Virus record (IMG/VR): IMGVR_UViG_3300025715_000009
Coordinates: 96,001-160,000 of that record
Strand: one strand, 5' to 3'
DNA: 64,000 nt
From: a virus
Taxonomy: Duplodnaviria > Caudoviricetes
The notes under the pieces: model-generated
Told to the model about the DNA's origin: nothing
What the model saw: the letters and a program-made list of their open reading frames with translations, nothing else
The model's database searches: none
Made by a program: the position numbers and the translations under genes
Shown: piece by piece, positions 57,653 through 64,000 of the stretch
Position numbering within the stretch: the stretch's first letter is position 1
How the letters are laid out: every line of letters begins with the position of its first letter

Positions 57653-58318
57653 TTATTTAAGAACAATGATTGGAGTGTTAGTATATATATCTTCATTTTC
57701 ATAAAATAATTCTATATTTAAATAATCAATGTTTGAAATTTGTTCATTTATTGCCATGTGAATAAAATCTTTCCAAGATTTATATTCTATCATAACATCT
57801 TGTTTATCAAAAGATTGGTTTCGCCATTTAAAAACATCTAAATTAGTCATACTAGAATGAAAGACAGAAGATATAATTGCTGCTTTTTTATTTTCATTAT
57901 TAATGTTTAAAATAGCAACTGGTATAATCATTCGACTAGATTCTGAAAAAATATGATATCCACCGTTTTTTAATTTATAGTCAGTAATAATTTTATTTAT
58001 GCCTTGAACAAGTTTTGTATTAAAATATTTTATATCCCTTGGTTTCCAATTTGGCAAATCACAAAATTTTATTTTAAATGATTGATCTTTATTATTACAC
58101 CATCCTTGACCAGTGATGAATCTTTCTTCAAATCTATCGTCAAAATGTGGTACTTTAACATATATCTGTAGAGATAAACCAGTTTTAGAATTTATTATTT
58201 TTTCATTACCAATTTTTCTAAAATTAGAACTATTTAACTCCTGTTGCGAGATTGTTTTATCTAATTGTTCTTCATTTAATGAAAAATTAATTATATCATC
58301 TAGAGTATATAGATTCAT
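57653..58318 (-). CDS. Hypothetical protein (LNE leader; HFDDRFEER)
   Basis: The H..DR..ER pattern recalls RelE/BECR-like RNase folds; weak. Confidence 0.6.
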   Translation of the reverse strand: MNLYTLDDIINFSLNEEQLDKTISQQELNSSNFRKIGNEKIINSKTGLSLQIYVKVPHFDDRFEERFITGQGWCNNKDQSFKIKFCDLPNWKPRDIKYFNTKLVQGINKIITDYKLKNGGYHIFSESSRMIIPVAILNINNENKKAAIISSVFHSSMTNLDVFKWRNQSFDKQDVMIEYKSWKDFIHMAINEQISNIDYLNIELFYENEDIYTNTPIIVLK

Positions 58319-58599
58319 ATCTCTCTATAACCCTTATTTATCTTTTCTCTTATTTTTCTTTCTAAAGAGCCGGCTACTTCAGCAGATTGAACAGCTTTAC
58401 CAATCCTTCCCCAATAAGCAAGATATTTAAATTTAGTAATTGGTTGGGCAGACCAGAATTTATAGTGCTCCTCTTGGGTGTTTACGAACACTCTGCCAGG
58501 AAATTGAAGTTTAAGTTTTGCTTCGTCCCAAATCTCAAGCTTTTCTGGTTTATCCATATTATGACAACTGCTCCTTTGCTTTTTTAACAAAGTAATCAT
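58315..58599 (-). CDS. WGR-domain-like protein
   Basis: HYKFW..YWGRIG..EKINKGY. Confidence 0.7.
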   Translation of the reverse strand: MITLLKKQRSSCHNMDKPEKLEIWDEAKLKLQFPGRVFVNTQEEHYKFWSAQPITKFKYLAYWGRIGKAVQSAEVAGSLERKIREKINKGYREI

Positions 58600-58819
58600 T
58601 GATAAATGGCATAATTTTGTTTATTTTCTTTATATTTTCCTCGGGTTCAACTATTTGGAAAAAATCAACCCAGGTAAGAGTTTTTTCTTGTACATGACCA
58701 TTACGCCATTCGATTACATCTACATAATCAGAGTAGATTTGTTGTACATAATACCAGACACCATCAGCCTTGAAGAGAGTAGAGTTATACTTCTCTCTAA
58801 GTATATCAATCAATTTCAT
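58559..58819 (-). CDS. Small hypothetical protein
   Basis: GCATAT ends 8 nt before the ATG. Confidence 0.65.
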   Translation of the reverse strand: MKLIDILREKYNSTLFKADGVWYYVQQIYSDYVDVIEWRNGHVQEKTLTWVDFFQIVEPEENIKKINKIMPFINDYFVKKAKEQLS

Positions 58820-58833
58820 ATTAGGATATATGC

Positions 58834-58863
58834 AAAAAAAGAGGCTTTCAAAGCCTCTTTTTT
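58834..58863. terminator. Intrinsic terminator
   Basis: aaaaaaagaggct-ttca-aagcctctttttt. Confidence 0.8.
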
Positions 58864-58979
58864 AAATTATTTCTTTTTAAACATTTCTTTTATAGAATCA
58901 AGAGCTCGTTGTATATCCTTAGGGAATGTAGCTCCTACAACTACTCCTGCCATAAAGAAAACAAGAATAACTACTACTA

Positions 58980-59597
58980 TCATTGTATTGCCTCCTTTAG
59001 TGTTAATAATATCTTTCTATAATTATGTCTAGTAAACATATATCTTGGAATTAAAAATGGATTTATTTCTGATGTAATAGATCCTGAATCAACAGTATAT
59101 GCTTTTTTATATATTTTTTTTATCATATTAATTGCTTTATCGCAATAACGCCCTGTGGGATATACAAAATCAGTAATAGAAGAAGATAAAATATTTTCTA
59201 AAATAGATTTAGAGACATTTATCTCTTGCTCAAAAAAAGATTCATTTTCTGGAATAAGCCTTATATGATCAAAACCATGAGATGCTATAACACACTTGTT
59301 ATGCAAATCTTGTATTTGTTTTTCACCTAATTCTTTAGAATTAGCTGGAATAGCAAGCAAAGGATAGATCTCTCTAGGAAATAATATTTTTTCACAAACA
59401 TCAATTGTAGAAATAGAACCATCATCAATAGTAATATATATATTGTTTGAAGATAAATCTTCAAATCTAGAAACAAAAGTATATCCAAAATCTGTTAAAA
59501 TATTGATTATATTATTAAATTTATTAAGAGAAAAATCATAAATAGATTCTGTGTTTTGATCAAAAGAATGAAAACATAAAATAAAATTATTCATCAT
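58980..59597 (-). CDS. Polysaccharide deacetylase (CE4)
   Basis: ITIDDG, IASHGFDH, FVYPTG, IPR motifs. Confidence 0.85.
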   Translation of the reverse strand: MMNNFILCFHSFDQNTESIYDFSLNKFNNIINILTDFGYTFVSRFEDLSSNNIYITIDDGSISTIDVCEKILFPREIYPLLAIPANSKELGEKQIQDLHNKCVIASHGFDHIRLIPENESFFEQEINVSKSILENILSSSITDFVYPTGRYCDKAINMIKKIYKKAYTVDSGSITSEINPFLIPRYMFTRHNYRKILLTLKEAIQ

Positions 59598-59624
59598 TAT
59601 AATTACAATTAATTATATTTGGAT

Positions 59625-60392
59625 TCATATTTTATCCTTTTTAAATTTATTATTGACTTCTAACATATTATTTAAAATCTCTGGTAAGTATCCTGCTTTT
59701 TTACTTGCTTCTATAATAGCTGGTATATCTTTATTAAAACAATGTGAATCCCAATATGGAGCCTGTTCATACACATAAGTATTGGCAGGAGAGACACGAG
59801 AATCACAGATAAATAGTTCTCTTAATTCTATATAATCTATATCAAAAATTTTTGCTATTCTATAAAATTCATTTGCAAAACTAACTTGATTTGCTAGCCA
59901 ACAATTCTCCATGTATTTTACTAATTCAGCTGTTTTTGCATCAGTTTGGTTGATACGAAAATAAGCACTATGTATTAACATATATAATTGAGCTACTTGG
60001 TTTGTTAAATATTTATCACCACCTAAAGTTATAAAGTTCATTGGAGGAATGTCATTAGAGTGAGGCGTTATACCATAATATTCAGGCGAAAAGACAATAT
60101 CACAATTATATTTTTTTATTAAGTTATCAGTTGTTCCTGGTGGTATTGTTGATTTAATTATAAAAATTTTTACTCTATCTTTAAACTCTTGAACAACTTT
60201 ATCTACAATAGAAGTATCACAAGATCCATCAGATAATGACTCAGTAGGAACTGAAATAAATGCCAAATCCCAATTTTTGTCTTTATCTTGTAGTTGATAT
60301 AAAGGATCATGAATATCAGCCCATGGAAATTCTTTATATAAATGTTTTCCAACCATTCCATATCCTATAATTAATATTGTAGGTTTTTGCAT
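59625..60392 (-). CDS. UDP-glucose/GDP-mannose dehydrogenase family (short form)
   Basis: GYGMVG, SVPT, KSTIPPG, FSPE, AELVKY, HCFNKD. Confidence 0.85.
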   Translation of the reverse strand: MQKPTILIIGYGMVGKHLYKEFPWADIHDPLYQLQDKDKNWDLAFISVPTESLSDGSCDTSIVDKVVQEFKDRVKIFIIKSTIPPGTTDNLIKKYNCDIVFSPEYYGITPHSNDIPPMNFITLGGDKYLTNQVAQLYMLIHSAYFRINQTDAKTAELVKYMENCWLANQVSFANEFYRIAKIFDIDYIELRELFICDSRVSPANTYVYEQAPYWDSHCFNKDIPAIIEASKKAGYLPEILNNMLEVNNKFKKDKI

Positions 60393-60401
60393 ATTAACTC
60401 C

Positions 60402-61183
60402 TCAAAATAATGTAAGTGAATAATTAGGATCATAATTATCTAATATTTTTTGCCACGTTGCTGTTATTTCTGGATCATTTTTAGATTTTTCTAAATCTAA
60501 ATTACTATGTAATTCCCTAACTTGTCTATAACAATATTTACAAAAAATATCACCTTGCTTTTTCATTAATTCATCAAATGGTAGAAATCGTCTCTCTCCT
60601 ACATCTAAGTGCAAAAGATGAGCAATATATACTGCTCTAGTACAAAGAAATATGCCAAATGGAGTAATTCCAATTCCACATTCTCTTGGCACCCAACATT
60701 TATCAATAGCAAAATTATATGGTTCTACTAATTTATATTTTTCAATTGCATCTGGAAAATCCATAATAGATTGAAAAATAGGAAAATGTTCTTCTACGTT
60801 TTCTGATTTTTCTTTAGTTGAAAAAACAGTAATATTTATTCCGTTGTTTTTTAAATCTTCTATTTTTTTAATTACATCTTTAGTAAATTGACTTCTTCCA
60901 TTAGATCTTAAAAAAATTAATGGTTTTTTTGTAAAACCATTAGATAATAATTTTATTATGTCTATTATTTGTGGGTGAAGTGTCGGTTCTCCACCCATAA
61001 TGTGGATTGAATCTCTTTTTCTATAATGTGGTTTTAAAATTTCAATATATCTTTCAATTTGATCTAAAGACATATATATTGATCTGTGTTTATATTTTGA
61101 CCCACATAAACGATTACACCACTCACAACTTAAATTACACTCATAAGAATATCAAGCTGATAAAGCACCCTTAACCCCCTCAT
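60402..61183 (-). pseudogene. Radical SAM protein with a frameshift near 61149 (or expressed by recoding)
   Basis: CNLSCEWC lies upstream of the first in-frame ATG (61073). The natural N-terminus MRGLRVLYQLDI is in an adjacent frame. GGEP is intact. Confidence 0.7.
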
Positions 61184-61898
61184 ATTGTAAAGTAAAATTT
61201 TTTCTTTCTTCAATTGGACCATTATGATTAGAAAACATTTTAGGATATAATCTTCCTAAATGATTTAAAATTATATCTTCATATTTTCTAGATCTATATG
61301 CTGCTGTTTCTGTTCCATGTCTTCTATACAATAATTTAACTTCAAAACATGGAGCAAAAGTCTTTCCCATAGTAAATAATCTAGTTAACATCTCTCTGTC
61401 TTCGTTTCCATAAATAAATTCTTCATTATATCCACCTACTTCTTTCCATACTTCTCTTCTAAAAAGACAAGTCGGTGGAATAAGGGGTGGGTGTTTTCTT
61501 CTAAGAAAGCTTTTACATATATAGGGTGGTGGTTCAATAATTTTATTTTCACTTCCAAATCTAATGGAGCCTGTATATATTGTATCAGCTTCATCTTTAT
61601 GTTTTAATACTTCCTCTATATAATTATCTAGTAACATATCATCAGCGTCTAATGGAATTACAAATTTAGTTCTAGCTAATGCAAACCCCAAATTCCTAGC
61701 TGCAGGTAATGGCATTTGTTTTTTTAAAATATAATATATATCATTCAGCTGATCTGCTAATTTCCAAGATTCTTCATCCATCAATATTGCAATTACTTGG
61801 TCTGGTTTTACTGTCTGTCTTCTACAACTATTTACTGCATCTAACAAGTACTCTGCTTGACCATAGCATGGTATAATTACTGCAACATCACTTGACAT
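61152..61898 (-). CDS. Glycosyltransferase family 2 (copy 3)
   Basis: IIPCY, ARNLG, LDADD, GGYNE, ED; likely start MSSDV. Confidence 0.9.
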   Translation of the reverse strand: MSSDVAVIIPCYGQAEYLLDAVNSCRRQTVKPDQVIAILMDEESWKLADQLNDIYYILKKQMPLPAARNLGFALARTKFVIPLDADDMLLDNYIEEVLKHKDEADTIYTGSIRFGSENKIIEPPPYICKSFLRRKHPPLIPPTCLFRREVWKEVGGYNEEFIYGNEDREMLTRLFTMGKTFAPCFEVKLLYRRHGTETAAYRSRKYEDIILNHLGRLYPKMFSNHNGPIEERKNFTLQYEGVKGALSA

Positions 61899-62625
61899 AA
61901 ATATTCTCATATTGTAAAGTAAAATTTTTTCTTTCTTCAATTGGACCATTATGATTAGAAAACATTTTAGGATATAATCTTCCTAAATGATTTAAAATTA
62001 TATCTTCATATTTTCTCATTTCATATGACATACAATAAGTACCATGTTTTCTATATAGTAATTTAACTTCAAAACATGGAGCAAAAGTCTTTCCCATAGT
62101 AAATAATCTAAACAATAATTCACTATCTTCATGCCCATAAATAAATTCTTCATTATATCCACCTACTTCTTTCCATACTTCTCTTCTAAAAAGACAAGTA
62201 CATGGAATAGATGGAGCATAGTTTCTTCTAAGAAAGCTTTTACAGATATAATCATATGGCTCAGTTATTCTATTATCTGTTCCAAATCTAATAGAGCCTG
62301 TATATATTGTATCAGCTTCATCTTTATGTTTTAATACTTCTTCTATATAATTATCTGGCAACATATCATCAGCATCTAATGGAATTACAAATTTAGTTCT
62401 AGCTAATGCAAACCCTAAATTCCTAGCTGCAGGCACATCTAATCTTGGTTTTATAACATAATGTATGTCAGATAATTGATTTGCTAATTTCCAAGACTCC
62501 TCGTCCATTAATATTGCAATAATTTCTTTTGGCTTTACTGTCTGTCTTCTACAACTATTTACTGCATCTAATAAATATTCTGCCTGGCCATAGCATGGTA
62601 TAATTACTGTAACATCACTTGACAT
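61888..62625 (-). CDS. Glycosyltransferase family 2 (copy 2)
   Basis: Near-identical to copy 3. Confidence 0.9.
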   Translation of the reverse strand: MSSDVTVIIPCYGQAEYLLDAVNSCRRQTVKPKEIIAILMDEESWKLANQLSDIHYVIKPRLDVPAARNLGFALARTKFVIPLDADDMLPDNYIEEVLKHKDEADTIYTGSIRFGTDNRITEPYDYICKSFLRRNYAPSIPCTCLFRREVWKEVGGYNEEFIYGHEDSELLFRLFTMGKTFAPCFEVKLLYRKHGTYCMSYEMRKYEDIILNHLGRLYPKMFSNHNGPIEERKNFTLQYENIYVK

Positions 62626-63319
62626 AGTTAATCCTTTCTTTTGGTTTATTATTAGATTTAAAATCCTCTGGATATAATTCTTGCATTTGATTGAATATTA
62701 GTTGAAAATTCTTTATAGCATTTTTACCAGCTGATACTTCATTTTGTCTATATCTAAGAAAAGTATTATTACATTTTTTAAAATTTAACCCTAATATAAA
62801 AGCTCTATACATAAATTCCCAGTTTTCATGCCCATAAATAAATTCTTCATTATATCCACCAATTTTTTCCCAAGCTGATTTTTTTATCAATGTAGTAACT
62901 ACAATTTGAGGATGTCTTTCTAAAAACATTGATTTTTCAACATCTAAAATTTTTGTTTTTCCACCATTTGGAAAAGTTCTATAATCTGTATAAACTATAT
63001 CAGCGTCAACTTGCAAAACTCTTAAAATATAATGAGGTGGTAAAATATCATCAGCATCTAATGGTATAATATATTTTGTATTTGACAAAGAGAATAATAA
63101 ATTTCTAGCAACAGCCGGAATTAATTTATCTGACACAATACAAGAAATAATTGGGCTTAATTCTGTTAGATTATGAAACATTGCCTGAGACTCTAAATCC
63201 ATTAAAAGGATAAGAATTTTCTCAGGCAATGTAACTTGTTTTAAACAACTATCAACAGTCTCTAATAAATATTTTGCATGTCCATAGCATGGTATAATTA
63301 TAGTAACATCTGAACTCAA
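62615..63319 (-). CDS. Glycosyltransferase family 2 (copy 1)
   Basis: IIPCY, LDADD, GGYNE; TTG start. Confidence 0.88.
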   Translation of the reverse strand: MSSDVTIIIPCYGHAKYLLETVDSCLKQVTLPEKILILLMDLESQAMFHNLTELSPIISCIVSDKLIPAVARNLLFSLSNTKYIIPLDADDILPPHYILRVLQVDADIVYTDYRTFPNGGKTKILDVEKSMFLERHPQIVVTTLIKKSAWEKIGGYNEEFIYGHENWEFMYRAFILGLNFKKCNNTFLRYRQNEVSAGKNAIKNFQLIFNQMQELYPEDFKSNNKPKERINYVK

Positions 63320-63329
63320 TTATTTACTC

Positions 63330-63530
63330 TTATTCTGGTTGTTCATTTGGGTTTATACCCTTTGTAGCCAAGAAATCAAGCCAAGCTTGTTCTGTATCAT
63401 AGGTGACAAGACTTGGTTGACCTGATGAAACAACTTGACCTACTTCTGCTTTTCCATAATGAATAACAGAAAAGTCGTTGTTGTGTGCTACCCACCATTT
63501 TGCTGATGTTTGATTTTTTAGTTCTTGCAT
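63330..63530 (-). CDS. Small protein downstream of DUF285 protein (possible fibre accessory)
   Basis: AAGGAG RBS. Confidence 0.65.
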   Translation of the reverse strand: MQELKNQTSAKWWVAHNNDFSVIHYGKAEVGQVVSSGQPSLVTYDTEQAWLDFLATKGINPNEQPE

Positions 63531-63557
63531 ATTATTTCTCCTTTGTCAATCGTTTAA

Positions 63558-64000
63558 TTAATCTCCATCTAAAATAGTCCATCCATAAGTATTTATTAAT
63601 GTATTTCTAGCATCAGCTCCTGCTGAAGAATATATAGAATTACCGCCTCCAAAAGATACATTTGTAGGAATTTGTGTTTCTCCTACATCCAATGTAGCCC
63701 AACCATTAAGAATAGCATCATAGTTGGTTGTTGATAATATAACGCCTGCGAACATGCTACTCATATTAGTTACGCTACTAATATCCCAAGATCCAATGTT
63801 TTGATTAAATGCTGTTGTATTATAAAACATACTACCCATATTAGTAACACTACTTACATCCCAACCATTAAGTGGTTGATTAAATGCTTGTGCAAATGTA
63901 AACATATTACTCATATTAGTTACATTACTTACATTCCAGTTATTAAGTGGTTGATTAAAAGCAGATGCACCATTAAACACATCTTGCATATTAGTAACAC
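63558..64000 (-). CDS. BspA/DUF285 repeat protein (starts beyond window)
   Basis: 25-aa FNQPLNNWNVSNVTNMSNMF repeats; NYDAILNGW. Confidence 0.9.
   Translation of the reverse strand, partial: VTNMQDVFNGASAFNQPLNNWNVSNVTNMSNMFTFAQAFNQPLNGWDVSSVTNMGSMFYNTTAFNQNIGSWDISSVTNMSSMFAGVILSTTNYDAILNGWATLDVGETQIPTNVSFGGGNSIYSSAGADARNTLINTYGWTILDGD

Noticed and set aside
61152-61154. Selenocysteine codon
   Set aside because: The position does not align with a catalytic Cys, no SECIS is evident, and the frameshift explanation restores a typical N-terminus.
1-64000. Genome-wide stop-codon reassignment
   Set aside because: Known genes (terL, sheath, rtcB, cca, mnmA) are full-length in code 11, and TAA, TAG and TGA are all used as stops at gene junctions.
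1-64000. tRNA or rRNA genes
   Set aside because: Intergenic gaps are short or filled by small ORFs, and I recognised no cloverleaf or T-loop signature. A tRNAscan-SE run would confirm.

Overview
This is a gene-dense, very AT-rich 64-kb segment of a large T4-superfamily-like (myovirus/jumbo-type) phage genome, read in the standard bacterial code. Virion and packaging genes include the tail sheath (5'-truncated by the window), the large terminase, His-repeat fibre/structural paralogues and a DUF285/BspA protein (truncated at the window end). Other genes encode a phage sigma factor, GroES, PC4, a degenerate dUTPase and lysis-type proteins (M23 peptidase, SLT-like, holin-like). A tRNA-maintenance set comprises an intein-split RtcB, a CCA-adding enzyme and MnmA. 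There is also a glycosylation island (3x GT2, nucleotide-sugar dehydrogenase, deacetylase, frameshifted radical SAM), two inteins and two related free-standing endonucleases. A STAS+Zn-ribbon protein and the style of the signal peptides hint at a spirochaete-like diderm host (inference). I found no tRNA, rRNA or CRISPR array. The most unexpected signal is a peptide-tag pattern: about 30 otherwise unrelated proteins carry one of two short terminal motifs, [IL]-[IVL]-K-x-[ILV]-F or A-K-x-[LI]-L-L, and the second is also at the N-terminus of TerL. The first tag tracks with the phage promoter motif AAGATAAT; a second promoter motif, GCATAT, is also present. Three RBS/start-occluding hairpins were found: two have the promoter motif in the loop, and one is entered by a 7-codon leader peptide ending Trp-His.
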